The notes: a model not told the origin generated them from the letters alone. A stretch of DNA of 64,000 nucleotides from Spirochaetia bacterium (GCA_965208575.1 CBDBOV010000003.1:384001-448000); one strand, 5' to 3'; shown: positions 11,593-23,772, numbered from the stretch's first letter. Numbers and translations are program-made.

Positions 11593-11622
11593 AAGGAATC
11601 GGCAGCCGTTATACGTGCCGGC

Positions 11623-13329
11623 CTACTGGGGCTCGACGTTCAGCAACGTGAACAGGAAGTGCGGCCACCAGTGAAACGGCGTTATGTACGGATCGTCTTC
11701 GCTCGGAAACCCCTTCCAGTGCAGGGTATCGTAGGTGTTCGAGGTAACCGTCTGCAGGGTGCCGATGACCGGCAGGTCGCGCAGGTAGATTTCCTGCGCC
11801 TGCGCCAGCACCTCGTCGGCCCGCGGATCGTCCGGGAGCAGCGCGGTCAGCTCGTCGAGGAGCGCGTCGTACTCGGGGTTCGAGTAGCGGATGCGGTTCT
11901 GATCGGCAGACTCACCTTCCGGCAGGGCATACTTGCTGTGGAAGCCCTCCAGCCAGGCGTACGGGTCCCACGCTTGACCGAGGCCCTGGGCACACGCCCA
12001 CGCCACGTTCATGTCGTAGTCGTTGCGCCGCCACGCTTCACCGTGAGGCGCCGGCTCCAGCACCTTCCACGACGCGTCGACGCCGATCGCCTTGAGGTCC
12101 TCGCTGATGCTCTGCGCCATCTCCCGGTGCCCGGACCACGGCGGCGAAATGATCACCCAGGAGAGCCGGATGCCGTCCGGCGTAACGTAGATGCCGTCGC
12201 GGCCTTTCTCGAAGCCCAGGTCGTCCAGGATCTTGACCGCGCGCTCGGGATCGTACTCCTCGGTGTTGTACTTCTCCAGCATCTCCTTCCAGTCATCCAG
12301 GTACGGCGTGATGGTGCCGTAGTAGGGGTAGGGCAGCTTGGAAGTCCGGGTGACCCCTTCGAAGGCCGCGAAGTTCAGCTTGTTCTTGTTGATGGCGTAG
12401 GAAATCGCCCAGCGTACTTCACGCTGGTCCAGCGGCGGCCGCTGGATGTTGAACCAGAGCGCCCTGGTGCACGGGTCGAGCGCCACCCACACGTCGACGC
12501 CGTCGTTGCGCTTCACGACCGTCTCGTACTGCGACTTGGTGAAGCCGGACCACACGTCCATGCGGTGCTCGATCTGCTCGATCATCATCTTTTCCGCCGG
12601 ACCGGGCCCGGTGACCAGCAGGAACTCCGCACCCGGGAACTCGCCCATCACGTCCTTGGCCCAGTAGTCGTCGCGGCGCTTCCAGGAGACCGCCTCGGCG
12701 CTCGTATCCACCAGCGTGTAGGGGCCGGTCCACACCGGGTCGGGGTAGTTCTTGAAGGTGGTCGGGTCTTCCTTGGACCAGACGTGCTCGGGCACGATCG
12801 GCGGCACCCAGAGGCCGATCAGGAAGCTGTAGTGCGCCCTGGTGTGGGGCTCTTTCAGCTTGATGAATACGGTGTGCGAGTCCTCCGCCCGGACCTCGGT
12901 CATCCACTCGTCGATCCACCCCGACCAGCGCAGGGTGGGGGCGTTTGCCTTCAGCATGTTGTAGGTGAAGACGACGTCGTCGGCGTTGAACTGTTCGCCG
13001 TCACTCCAGGTGACGCCCTCACGCAGCTTGATGGTGATGGAGTCGTGGTTGGGTCCATACTCGAACGAGGTGCCGAGCCACGGCACGATCTCGCCCTGGT
13101 ACAGGTTCATGTAGAAGAGATTCTCCGCCATCCACCAGTTACCGGTTTCACCACGGTGGCCGGCCAGGTATGGATTGTACAGTTCGGGCGCACCGAACTT
13201 TCTGCCGGCGCGCACGATGAGGGTATCTTCGCGCGGCATGTTCTGAGCCACTACCGGCTCGGCCAGAATGGCGAGGGCGAAGAATGCGAGGACAGAATAC
13301 AAGAACGCCTTGGTTCGTTTCGAGGACAT
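11623..13329 (-). CDS. Family-5 ABC solute-binding protein (peptide or oligosaccharide)
   Basis: Signal peptide, LREGVTWSDGEQFNADDVVFT, VWTGPY, VRWAISYAIN; AAGGAG RBS. Confidence 0.92.
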   Translation of the reverse strand: MSSKRTKAFLYSVLAFFALAILAEPVVAQNMPREDTLIVRAGRKFGAPELYNPYLAGHRGETGNWWMAENLFYMNLYQGEIVPWLGTSFEYGPNHDSITIKLREGVTWSDGEQFNADDVVFTYNMLKANAPTLRWSGWIDEWMTEVRAEDSHTVFIKLKEPHTRAHYSFLIGLWVPPIVPEHVWSKEDPTTFKNYPDPVWTGPYTLVDTSAEAVSWKRRDDYWAKDVMGEFPGAEFLLVTGPGPAEKMMIEQIEHRMDVWSGFTKSQYETVVKRNDGVDVWVALDPCTRALWFNIQRPPLDQREVRWAISYAINKNKLNFAAFEGVTRTSKLPYPYYGTITPYLDDWKEMLEKYNTEEYDPERAVKILDDLGFEKGRDGIYVTPDGIRLSWVIISPPWSGHREMAQSISEDLKAIGVDASWKVLEPAPHGEAWRRNDYDMNVAWACAQGLGQAWDPYAWLEGFHSKYALPEGESADQNRIRYSNPEYDALLDELTALLPDDPRADEVLAQAQEIYLRDLPVIGTLQTVTSNTYDTLHWKGFPSEDDPYITPFHWWPHFLFTLLNVEPQ

Positions 13330-13578
13330 TGGCTATGCTCCTTTCGCTGTCTTTGGTTTTGTTGTCTTGAGATTGGTTCGAAGCGATAGCGGATTCACGT
13401 TTGGTAAGGATAGGACAATCCGCATACTGACACCCTGTTTGTTAATTCGATTCGCTCCCCCTTGTTTGTGCAATTGTGTACCGTGCGGCGCAAATGACGG
13501 TGTTGTGTATAGTATTCGGCATGGCCCTGTCAATACGTGGTGTGCGGCGGCCGCCGGCGCACGGAGCGCGGCGGCGCG

Positions 13579-14235
13579 ATGGCTGAGCATCGGCTCGAGG
13601 GGGTGCGCCGGCTCAGCGCGTCCGCCTGCGTGCTGCGGCTGGAGCGCGGCGAGCTGGCGTTCGAGCCGGGGCAGTACGTGACGCTCGGCCTGGCCGGCAG
13701 CACGGCGCGCCGCGAGTACTCGGTCTACTCCGGCGGCGGCGACCCGTTCCTGGAGGTGCTGATCAAACAGGTGGAAGGCGGCTCGGTGTCGCGCCAGCTC
13801 GCGCGCCTGGCGCCCGGCGCGGTGCTCGACTGCGACGGGCCGTTCGGGTACTTCACGATACCGGCCGCGCGCCGCGGCGAACCGCTGCTGTTCATCGCCT
13901 CCGGCACCGGAATCGCCCCGTTTCGCAGCTTCGCGCGCAGCTACCGCGGCCTGGACTACCGGATCCTGCATGGGGTCAGGACGGCGAGCGAACGCTACGA
14001 CAGCACCGAGTACCCGGCGGAACGCTACCTGTCCTGCCTGAGCCGGGTGCCGGCGGCGGCCGTTCCGCGCGGCAGCTACCATGGCCGGGTTACCGCGTAC
14101 CTGCACGAGCACCCGGTGGCGCCGGGCACCGCCTGCTACCTGTGCGGCAACAGCGAGATGATCTTCGCGGCGTTCGACATTCTCAAAAAGCAGGGCATCG
14201 CGGGCGCCGATCTGTTCGCCGAGGTGTATTTTTAG
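13579..14235 (+). CDS. Ferredoxin-NADP reductase-like FAD/NAD(P) oxidoreductase
   Basis: FEPGQY, RREYS, GPFGYF, IASGTGIAPF, YLCGN, terminal EVYF. Confidence 0.88.
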   Translation: MAEHRLEGVRRLSASACVLRLERGELAFEPGQYVTLGLAGSTARREYSVYSGGGDPFLEVLIKQVEGGSVSRQLARLAPGAVLDCDGPFGYFTIPAARRGEPLLFIASGTGIAPFRSFARSYRGLDYRILHGVRTASERYDSTEYPAERYLSCLSRVPAAAVPRGSYHGRVTAYLHEHPVAPGTACYLCGNSEMIFAAFDILKKQGIAGADLFAEVYF

Positions 14236-14244
14236 CGGCACGCG

Positions 14245-16164
<1,920 letters not shown>

Positions 16165-16185
16165 CGGGGGCAGCCGACCCTGGCG

Positions 16186-16611
16186 TCACCCTTCGGCGGT
16201 ACGCGGCAGCACCAGGGTCAGGCGGTTCCGTCCGTCCTCGTAGCGGTAGCTCACGTCTTCGACCAGCGTACGCACCAGGTGCACCCCCACCCCTCCGACG
16301 CGCCGCTCGTCGATCGACAGTTCGGCGTCGAATTCGGGTGCTTCCTGCAGCGGATCGAACCGGGGGCCGTCATCGAGCAACTCGACGGTGACTGCCTTCG
16401 GTGTCGAGCCGACGATGACGTCGAGGTGGCGCGCGCCGCCGTCGCGGCCATGCGTCATGACGTTGAGCGCCAACTCCTCCAGCACCAGGTTCACCTGGAA
16501 CAGCAGCTTGGGGGCCCAGTCGTCCCGCTCCGCCATCTCCTCCACGGCCTCGACAACCCGCGGCAACTCCTCGGGCCGTGCGTCAAGCTGCAGGTGCACG
16601 GCCTCGCTCAC
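16186..16611 (-). CDS. RsbW-like anti-sigma factor / Ser kinase (HATPase)
   Basis: LEELALNVMTHG, DDGPRFDP, GGVGVHLV, GRNRLTL. Confidence 0.88.
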   Translation of the reverse strand: MSEAVHLQLDARPEELPRVVEAVEEMAERDDWAPKLLFQVNLVLEELALNVMTHGRDGGARHLDVIVGSTPKAVTVELLDDGPRFDPLQEAPEFDAELSIDERRVGGVGVHLVRTLVEDVSYRYEDGRNRLTLVLPRTAEG

Positions 16612-16718
16612 ACCGCCGGCCTGCCCGTGGTCGGAGGCGCAACGTTGCGAGTCGGGGCAGGCATCAACATTGCCAGGCGTTCCAGGTGCCGCTCACCGGC
16701 GCCGCTCTCGCAGCCCGT

Positions 16719-17060
16719 CTAGCCGGAAGAGACCGCCGACACCGCGGCCGACTCGGAGTCGTGCACAGGGATGATCCGGTCGAACCCGCTGATCTCGAAC
16801 ACCTCCCGAATCGACTCGGTAAGCTCGCAGAGGGCGAACTTGGTGCCCCGCTTCTGCAGCATTCTCGCGACCATCAACATGACCCGCAGCCCGGAACTGC
16901 TGATGTAGGACAGCTGCTTCAGTTGCAGGACCACCGCACGGTCGCCCTCGTCGATCACCCCTTCGAGGGCCTGTTGAAATTCCTGCGAATTGCTGCCGTC
17001 GACCCGCCCAGCGGCTGTTACGATCAGAGTGTCTCCCTGTCGTTCCTCTGAGATTTTCAT
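16719..17060 (-). CDS. STAS-domain anti-sigma antagonist (RsbV-like)
   Basis: GRVD, YISSSGLR phosphoacceptor motif, EVFEISGF; AGGAG RBS. Confidence 0.92.
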   Translation of the reverse strand: MKISEERQGDTLIVTAAGRVDGSNSQEFQQALEGVIDEGDRAVVLQLKQLSYISSSGLRVMLMVARMLQKRGTKFALCELTESIREVFEISGFDRIIPVHDSESAAVSAVSSG

Positions 17061-17187
17061 TCCGACGTGTCTCCTATGCCAATTTGTGATTCGCCACTGC
17101 GCGGATTCGCGCGAACTCGATACGCGACCGCACGTGCGAAGGTTGACGCCGAGTATACTACAACCCGCCGTCCGTCGTCTGCGGCGT

Positions 17188-19707
17188 TCATGCCGCGATT
17201 CGTTTTCTCATGACCAACCGATTGCGCCCGCCGATCACCAGGTAGTCCGCGTCGTCCATCTGTGCCGGGCGTGCGATCTGGTTTCCGGTGCGGCTGATGT
17301 AGCGTCCGTCGCCGCCGGACGCGAGGTCGGACGGCGGATCCACGAGCGTGTACGGCTGGCCGTCGTCGTCCACGGCGACTTCCACAACGCCCTCTTCGAT
17401 GCTGAGCCTGATATCGATTTCGTAGGTGCTGCCGGCCGGCAGCCGGAAGTCGATGGTGGTCGTAAGCACGTCGGCGATGGCCATCTGCACGCTGCGGGTG
17501 TCCGCAATGTCCATGCCGCACTGGCGCGCGAACGTCTCGACGCCCTGCGCAATGCGGGGGATCTCGGCGAGGTCGTTGCGCAGGGAGAGCCGGTGCACGA
17601 CCATCGAGTCCGGCATGTCCTCGCGGCTGAGCACGAGCATCGCGATATCGTCGAATTGCGTCGCCTCGCCGGCGAACGCCTCGACGCCGCGCAGCATGGC
17701 CTCGATGGTGTCGTTGGGGCTGCGCCCCGCACTGGCAAGCAGGTTCTCGCGCATCCGGTCGTAGCCGAATTCCTCTTCCCGCAGGTCGGTCGACTCCGGA
17801 ACCCCGTCGGTATAGAGGAACAGTTTCCCCTGCGGCGGCAGTACCACCTCGCCGTCGTCGTAGGTCAACCCGTCGAACATGGCCAGCGCCACTCCGCCGG
17901 TCAACGGCAGCAGGTCGGCGCGCCCGGGAGCGACCAGTACCGGTGGGTTGTGACCGCCGTTGGCGTAGCGCAGGGTGCCGTCGCGGCGGTCGAAGATGCC
18001 GTAGAAGACCGTTACGAACACGTCCTCGCGCGAGGCGTCGGCGAGCGTATCGTTGACCATCTCCAGGCACTTGCCCGGTCCGTCCAGAACGTAGCGCGCG
18101 GTGGCGCGGATCACGGTGCGGGTGACCGCCATGAACAGGGACGCGGGCACCCCCTTGCCGACGACGTCGCCGATGACGATGCCGACGCGATCGTCGTCGA
18201 GGGGGAAGAAGTCGTAGAAGTCGCCGCCCACCTCCCGGGCCGTCTGCATGGCCGCATGAATGTGGGCGCCCTCGGTGTCGAGGCGCTCGCCGGGCAGGAA
18301 CGAGCGCTGTACGCGGGTGGCGACTTGCAGGTCGTGCTGCAGCGCCAGGTAGGCGGTCTGCGTGCGCAGCGCCTCCTGCAATTCGGCCACCAGCTTGCGC
18401 AACCGTTCCTGTTGCACACCGACGCGGTCGGCCATCTTCTGGAACGCGAACCCCATCATCTGCAGGTCGCCGGCCATTTCCAGGTCGGACTGCACGTCGG
18501 TCTGTTCGTCCGCGGCGGCTTCCTCGGGTACCTCGATCTCGGCCAGGTCGCTGAGGATGTCGCGGCGCTCGTCCTCGTCGAGCGTGGTCGCCAGGCGCGT
18601 CATCTCGCCGCGGATGAAGCGCCCCTCCTGGCGCTGCCGCCTGATCGCGCGGCGGCGGTGGCGGCGCAGCGTCAGCGTCTGGTTGCGGAACGTGTTGACC
18701 GCCTGCGCGATGCGCGCCAATTCGTCGTTGCCGCGCTCACCGCTGATCTTCACCGTGGCCTGGGTGTCGCCGCGTGACAGCGCGTCGAGGACCTGCACCC
18801 CTTCAATAAGCGGAGACAGCGCGCGGCGCAGATAGTAGGAGAGGGCCAGCAGGGATACGAGCAGGAAGCCGCCGATCGACAGAAAGGTGATCATGCTCAC
18901 CTCGCGCTGGCCGGCGAACGCCGCGCTCACGTCGCGCACCGTCACCACGCTCGCGATCAGGTTGCCGAGCGACGCCTCCAGTGGAAAGGCGGCGATCGAG
19001 AATACGCGGTCGTCGAAGCGCAGCACCTGCGAGGCCCCGTCGCGCACGCGTGCCGCACCGCGCACCAGGTCCCAAACCTGCTCGTCGGTGCCTGCCATGA
19101 GGCGGCCGCGCCGGTTCACGATCAGCACTTCCGAACCGGAATCGTCCCTCAGCTCGCGCAGCGCGAAGCCGATGTCGGAGGCGCAGATGGCAATCGCGAG
19201 CAGCGCGCCGTCTTCCCGGTACAGCGGTACGCCGACCGAGAGCGTGATGTTGCGTTCGGCGTCGATCGCCACACCGCTGCTGCCGCTGCCGGCGGCGATC
19301 ATGGCGGCGACCGCATCGTCGCTCGCCGCCGCGGCCGGTTCGAACGCGGGCACCGACGAATACAGCACCTCGCGCGACCGGGACACGATGTCGAGCCGGG
19401 TGACGTCCCTGCTGCGCTGCAGCGTGGCGAGGGTGCGCCGGGCGGCGTCAGACACGAGCCCGCGGTCGCCGCTGACGATGGCGTCGCGCAGGTTGCCGTC
19501 CTCGGCAACCACCGGCGTGACCTCGCGGATACGCTGCAGCCCGGTTTCGACGATCTTGCCCCAAATGGCGCGGCTGCCGTTGATCTCCGTCACCTCCAGT
19601 TGGTTGCGCAGCAACTCCTCCCGCTGGTAGCCGGCGAACAGCAGTCCGGCGACCATGACGGCCAGGAAGGCCACCACGATGATGCCGATGCGTGTCTTGA
19701 TTCCCAC
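17188..19707 (-). CDS. Membrane sensor PP2C/SpoIIE phosphatase: TM-Cache-like-TM-HAMP-PP2C plus degenerate C-terminal HATPase
   Basis: AREVGGDFYD, IGDVVGKGVPA, FVT, YANGGHNPP, LYTDGV, QFDDI; tail DDGQPY...GRNRL. Confidence 0.88.
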   Translation of the reverse strand: MGIKTRIGIIVVAFLAVMVAGLLFAGYQREELLRNQLEVTEINGSRAIWGKIVETGLQRIREVTPVVAEDGNLRDAIVSGDRGLVSDAARRTLATLQRSRDVTRLDIVSRSREVLYSSVPAFEPAAAASDDAVAAMIAAGSGSSGVAIDAERNITLSVGVPLYREDGALLAIAICASDIGFALRELRDDSGSEVLIVNRRGRLMAGTDEQVWDLVRGAARVRDGASQVLRFDDRVFSIAAFPLEASLGNLIASVVTVRDVSAAFAGQREVSMITFLSIGGFLLVSLLALSYYLRRALSPLIEGVQVLDALSRGDTQATVKISGERGNDELARIAQAVNTFRNQTLTLRRHRRRAIRRQRQEGRFIRGEMTRLATTLDEDERRDILSDLAEIEVPEEAAADEQTDVQSDLEMAGDLQMMGFAFQKMADRVGVQQERLRKLVAELQEALRTQTAYLALQHDLQVATRVQRSFLPGERLDTEGAHIHAAMQTAREVGGDFYDFFPLDDDRVGIVIGDVVGKGVPASLFMAVTRTVIRATARYVLDGPGKCLEMVNDTLADASREDVFVTVFYGIFDRRDGTLRYANGGHNPPVLVAPGRADLLPLTGGVALAMFDGLTYDDGEVVLPPQGKLFLYTDGVPESTDLREEEFGYDRMRENLLASAGRSPNDTIEAMLRGVEAFAGEATQFDDIAMLVLSREDMPDSMVVHRLSLRNDLAEIPRIAQGVETFARQCGMDIADTRSVQMAIADVLTTTIDFRLPAGSTYEIDIRLSIEEGVVEVAVDDDGQPYTLVDPPSDLASGGDGRYISRTGNQIARPAQMDDADYLVIGGRNRLVMRKRIAA

Positions 19708-19712
19708 CGCGG

Positions 19713-20843
19713 CTACTCGACCACCTGTGCGACGCGCAGCAGTCCCATGGGCGGATAGATCCCCAGTTGCAGCGCCACCGGCATGCGCAGGAGGATCGCG
19801 AACCGGGCCAGCGACCGCACCGGGATCTGTTCCGGCGGCTCGCGGTCGACCAGAATGCGCTCCGCATGCGCGCCGGCCAGCTTGCCGATCAGGTAGTAGC
19901 GGCTGACCAGGCCGAGCATTGCGCGCGAGCGTTCGAAACTCGCTTCGACGGCGGCGAACGACGGGATGCCCTGTTGTGCAGCGCGTTCGCTGATCTGCAG
20001 GCTGTTGACCGTAATGAACGAGTCCGGGCCCATGTACAGGAAGTCGGCGCCGCTTCCCACCAGGTCGTCAACCAGCTCGTCCAGGCGGGTGGCGTCCGGT
20101 CTGCCCTCCGCGTTCAGCGGAACCGGATACTCCAGCAGCGTGATGTCGCGGGCGCCGGTTTCCGTGCGTAGCTGGTCGACGTTGGTCACCGAGTTGCGCT
20201 CCAGCGGGTTGTAGATCACGCCGAGCGTGTCGATCGGGCGGTACGCGAGGATCGTGTCAATCTGCGAACTGATGGGCGTCAGGAAAATGCTGCCGGTGAG
20301 CGGCCGTCCGGGGGCTTCGAACTCCATGACGACCTTGTCCTGTACCGGGTACGAGACGACCGAGAACACGCCGGGAATGTCGCCGATGTGCATGCCCGGC
20401 TCCGCGCCGGTGTGCGGGCCGAAAATACCGAGCGCTACCGAGGTGCCGAAGGTGTGAACCAGGTCCGGCTTTTCGGCGCGTATCTCGGCGGCGAATTCCG
20501 GGAGCCTGGCGCGGTTGCGATCGGCATTGCGCAAGGTGTAGCGCACCGGTATTCCGCGTTCGTACATGTGTGCGCGGAAGCCGTGCTCCACGTCGGTCTC
20601 CCCTCGCCAGACCACCAGGTAGACGTGGAACGCGCCGCCGGCGGACTGCGCGGCGCCGTGACCGGCCGCGGCCAACAGCAATGCGGCGAGGAGCGCGACC
20701 GCGAGCGGAAAGCGCGGCACCGCGTACCATGAGCGCGACATCGCGAGCGGGAGGCGCGGCACCGCTTCCGAGGCGCGCGTCGCGACAGGGAAGCGCGGCA
20801 CCGCGTACCGGCAGCGCGGCGCCGTGCGCGGGATGCGCCTCAC
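19713..20843 (-). CDS. Periplasmic solute-binding protein (ABC_sub_bind-like); alternative start ATG 20741
   Basis: Signal peptide LAVALLAALLLAAAG, GVIYNPLERNS, GLVSRYYLIG; GTGA overlap with the MFS stop and GGAGG upstream. Confidence 0.75.
   Translation of the reverse strand: MRRIPRTAPRCRYAVPRFPVATRASEAVPRLPLAMSRSWYAVPRFPLAVALLAALLLAAAGHGAAQSAGGAFHVYLVVWRGETDVEHGFRAHMYERGIPVRYTLRNADRNRARLPEFAAEIRAEKPDLVHTFGTSVALGIFGPHTGAEPGMHIGDIPGVFSVVSYPVQDKVVMEFEAPGRPLTGSIFLTPISSQIDTILAYRPIDTLGVIYNPLERNSVTNVDQLRTETGARDITLLEYPVPLNAEGRPDATRLDELVDDLVGSGADFLYMGPDSFITVNSLQISERAAQQGIPSFAAVEASFERSRAMLGLVSRYYLIGKLAGAHAERILVDREPPEQIPVRSLARFAILLRMPVALQLGIYPPMGLLRVAQVVE
20701..20830 (-). repeat. About three imperfect 39-bp tandem repeats (xAVPRFP) at the 5' end of the binding-protein gene
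   Basis: GCGCGGCACCGC recurs at 20712, ~20754 and ~20793. Confidence 0.7.
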
Positions 20844-22951
20844 GCCGACACCCTCCCGGTTCCGATCCCGGCGTCCGCATGTCCGCCCTGCCGTTCGCGG
20901 GGGCGCCCGCCGAACAGCGTATAGCAGACCGTGCAGGCGAACACCAGCACCCCGACGATGAGCATTCCCTGCCCGTAGCCGACGAAGGTGACCACCGCGC
21001 CTACCGCCAGCGCGCCGGCCGCGGTGCCGACGCGTTCGATGGTACGGAACGCGCCGACGATCGCACCGGGTCCCAGGCCGACACTTCTGCCGTGTTCGGC
21101 GATTCTCTGCACGACCGCGAGTTGCGGGGCGGTGGTCAGCGCCTGCCCGGTGCCCAGCACGGCGGCGGCGGCCACCACCCCGGCCGTGGATCCGATTAGC
21201 GTCGGCAACAGGCACCCGACCCCGCTCATCAGGCCGCCGAAGATGATGAAGGTGCGCGGCCGTCCGCTGCGGTCGGAGCCGCTCGCGGCCAGCGGCGTAA
21301 TCGCGATGCAGGCGATGCCGAACACCATCAGCACGCGCCCGATATTCGACTGCGTGTTGCCGAGGTCGGCAAGGAACAGCGGCAGCAGGAAGAAGTACAG
21401 GCCGCTGAGGATCAGCTTGTTGGGCACCGCCGAGAACAGGGTCAGCACCACGAACTCGCGCTGCGAGAACACGCGCCGCCAACTGCGCATCGACTGCATG
21501 CGCGGACGCCTCTGCGTCTGCGAGTCCCGGTCCACCGCGATCAGCGCCGCCCCGGCGGCGAACACGGCCATCGCGGCGGCGACGAGGAGCGTGTTGCGAT
21601 AGCCGAGGCGGTCGGCGAGGATGCCGCCCATTGCCGGACCGCAGACGAATGCCGCGAAGAACGCGCCGGTGAAGCCGGTCATGCCGACGGCACGGCGCGA
21701 CGCCTCCGCGTGGTGGGCGACGTAGGTCTGGGCGGCAATGAAAATGGTTCCGTAGCCGAGGCCGGCGAGTGTCCACCACAGCAGCGCCTCGACGATGGTG
21801 GTCGACAGGGCCGCTCCGACGTGACCGGCGACCGACGGCACGATGCCCAGGATGAACAAGGAGCGGGGGCCGAACGTGTCGGTGATCGCACCGGCGATCG
21901 GCGTGGCGAGCAGCACCACCACCATGAACGTCGTGAACGGCAGGCCGATCGTGAGCTCGCGGCTCAGGTTGCCGATCGGCGTATACACGTCGCCGAAAAA
22001 CAGCGGCAGGAAGGGACGGGAGAGTTCCTGCGCGAGCATGAACAGGAACAGCGGAATGCGCACGTCCATCGGTGAGCGGGGCACGACGGTCCGTTCGAGG
22101 CCCGGAGTGGTAAAGCGGAATCGCTCCCCGAGGCCGGTCACCACGTCTCGTATGCGCTGCTGAATGGTGCGGTCGATCTGCACGGCGCGTGCGTCCTCGG
22201 CCTCCTCGGTCAACATGGCGAACGCCGTGTTGACGCGCTGCACGACCGAGTTGTAGGCCCGCGCGACGTGGCCCACTTCGTCCCGCCTGCGCAACCCGAT
22301 CCGGTACAGGAAGTCGCCCTTCGCGCCGCGCACGATGAGGCGGTCGGCCAGTCTGATGGGACCGGAAATGCGTACCACGACGAACGCCACCAGCAACTCT
22401 ATGCCGATCAGCAGGGTGACCAGGAACGCGGTCACGATATCGAACCGCAAGCCGGCCAACTCCGACCGCACGGCGCCCTCGCGCACATCGACGTGCAGGA
22501 ATCCTACCGTTTCGCCGCGCGCCACGATCGGCAACTGGAGCGAATCGGCGGCGCGTGTGGAAGCGGCCCGCGTGCCCTGCGTGTAGAGCTCGGCACCGTC
22601 GCGGTTCGACACCCCCACGTAGGTGAAGTCGGGATTGCGGGTCAGAACGCCCTGCAGGAATTCGTCCATGCCGACGAGCGCGTCCAACGGTATGCCGAGC
22701 GCGACGGCATAGCTGATCTGCTCGGTGGCGAGACCCCCGGCAACCTCGGCCTTGCGATGGATTTCGGGGAGCAGCGAGTCTTCGAAGGAAATTGCCAGGA
22801 CGTAGGAAACGACACCCTGGGCAAGGAGCAGCAGTACCGCGGTCAACGCGGCAAGGCGCAGGATCACGCCGCGGAAGAGCCGCTGTTCGTCGGCGGGCGC
22901 GCTGCGCGCTGCCTCCTCGGCGGGTCTCGGATCTATCGGGGCGTCACTCAT
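20840..22951 (-). CDS. Sensor-HAMP-MFS fusion protein
   Basis: N-terminal TM/periplasmic/TM, HAMP (P..L......KGDF...RRDEVGHVARAYN), then MFS body (AGAITDTFGPR, GPAMGGILADRLGYR, SDRSGR). ATGA overlap with upstream gene. Confidence 0.85.
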   Translation of the reverse strand: MSDAPIDPRPAEEAARSAPADEQRLFRGVILRLAALTAVLLLLAQGVVSYVLAISFEDSLLPEIHRKAEVAGGLATEQISYAVALGIPLDALVGMDEFLQGVLTRNPDFTYVGVSNRDGAELYTQGTRAASTRAADSLQLPIVARGETVGFLHVDVREGAVRSELAGLRFDIVTAFLVTLLIGIELLVAFVVVRISGPIRLADRLIVRGAKGDFLYRIGLRRRDEVGHVARAYNSVVQRVNTAFAMLTEEAEDARAVQIDRTIQQRIRDVVTGLGERFRFTTPGLERTVVPRSPMDVRIPLFLFMLAQELSRPFLPLFFGDVYTPIGNLSRELTIGLPFTTFMVVVLLATPIAGAITDTFGPRSLFILGIVPSVAGHVGAALSTTIVEALLWWTLAGLGYGTIFIAAQTYVAHHAEASRRAVGMTGFTGAFFAAFVCGPAMGGILADRLGYRNTLLVAAAMAVFAAGAALIAVDRDSQTQRRPRMQSMRSWRRVFSQREFVVLTLFSAVPNKLILSGLYFFLLPLFLADLGNTQSNIGRVLMVFGIACIAITPLAASGSDRSGRPRTFIIFGGLMSGVGCLLPTLIGSTAGVVAAAAVLGTGQALTTAPQLAVVQRIAEHGRSVGLGPGAIVGAFRTIERVGTAAGALAVGAVVTFVGYGQGMLIVGVLVFACTVCYTLFGGRPRERQGGHADAGIGTGRVSA

Positions 22952-23772
22952 GAGTCGGCGAGGTCGCTCCGTGGTAGCGAAGGCGACGAAGATCGATTGG
23001 TGACCACGCGCGAGGCGTGCGGCTCGGCCTCGATGCGGCGGATTTCCCTGGTGGCCTGAACGACCGCCTCGCACGCCTCGTCGGCGGTCCGGGCAAGGTC
23101 CGCCGCCGACGGATCGTGCCCCGCCTCGCGCTCCTTCCCCGAATCTTCGAGGGTGACCCGAATCAACTGCAGGCGCTTGCGCAGCCGGCTGGTCAGGATC
23201 ACGGCCAGTACCGTGCCGGTGAGTGAGACCAGCACCACGGTGGCGGCGCACAGTCCGGCGATGCGCACCGCCATGGTGCGCACCTCGCGGTCGAACGCGT
23301 CGCGCGAATAGCGCAGCGCAAGCGCGCCGACCGCACGCCCGAGAACGTCGTGCACCCGCACGCCGACGACGTGGGCGTCGTGTTCTATCCGGGTCCACAC
23401 CGGCTGATCGGGACCCTTCCACGCGGCCGCCCATTCCGTCGATACCAGGTCGCCGCGCAGGCTCTCGTCGGAGCTGTACAGCACCGTGCCCTGTTCGTCG
23501 AACATCTCGATCGACAGTACTCCCGGATCGCGCAGCGTGCGTGCCTGCAGATCCGCGTTGACCCCCGGCAGCGAGTCGACGGCGAGGCCGAGAGACAGCG
23601 AAGCCTCGATGGAGTGGCCGACGTCCTGCAGGACCAGCGCGTGCCGGTCGCGCAGCAGGTCGGACAGGTACTTGCGGTACTTGTAGTGGTTCATCAGCCC
23701 GGTCAGGGATACCGCGAGCGTGAGGATGAGAAAGATGTTGACCGACACGCGGGCCGGGAGATTGAGCAGCAT
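22948..23772 (-). CDS. Two-TM membrane protein with periplasmic Cache/PAS-like domain and no output domain
   Basis: TM, periplasmic region (IEMFDEQGTVLYSSD), TM, short helical tail; AAGGT upstream. Confidence 0.7.
   Translation of the reverse strand: MLLNLPARVSVNIFLILTLAVSLTGLMNHYKYRKYLSDLLRDRHALVLQDVGHSIEASLSLGLAVDSLPGVNADLQARTLRDPGVLSIEMFDEQGTVLYSSDESLRGDLVSTEWAAAWKGPDQPVWTRIEHDAHVVGVRVHDVLGRAVGALALRYSRDAFDREVRTMAVRIAGLCAATVVLVSLTGTVLAVILTSRLRKRLQLIRVTLEDSGKEREAGHDPSAADLARTADEACEAVVQATREIRRIEAEPHASRVVTNRSSSPSLPRSDLADS

Noticed and set aside
10525-13389. Long antisense or alternate-frame ORFs (e.g. 954 aa here, 31298-34507, 1872-3890, 13333-15510)
   Set aside because: Shadow ORFs of well-supported genes in high-GC DNA; Arg/Ala/Gly-rich with no motifs.
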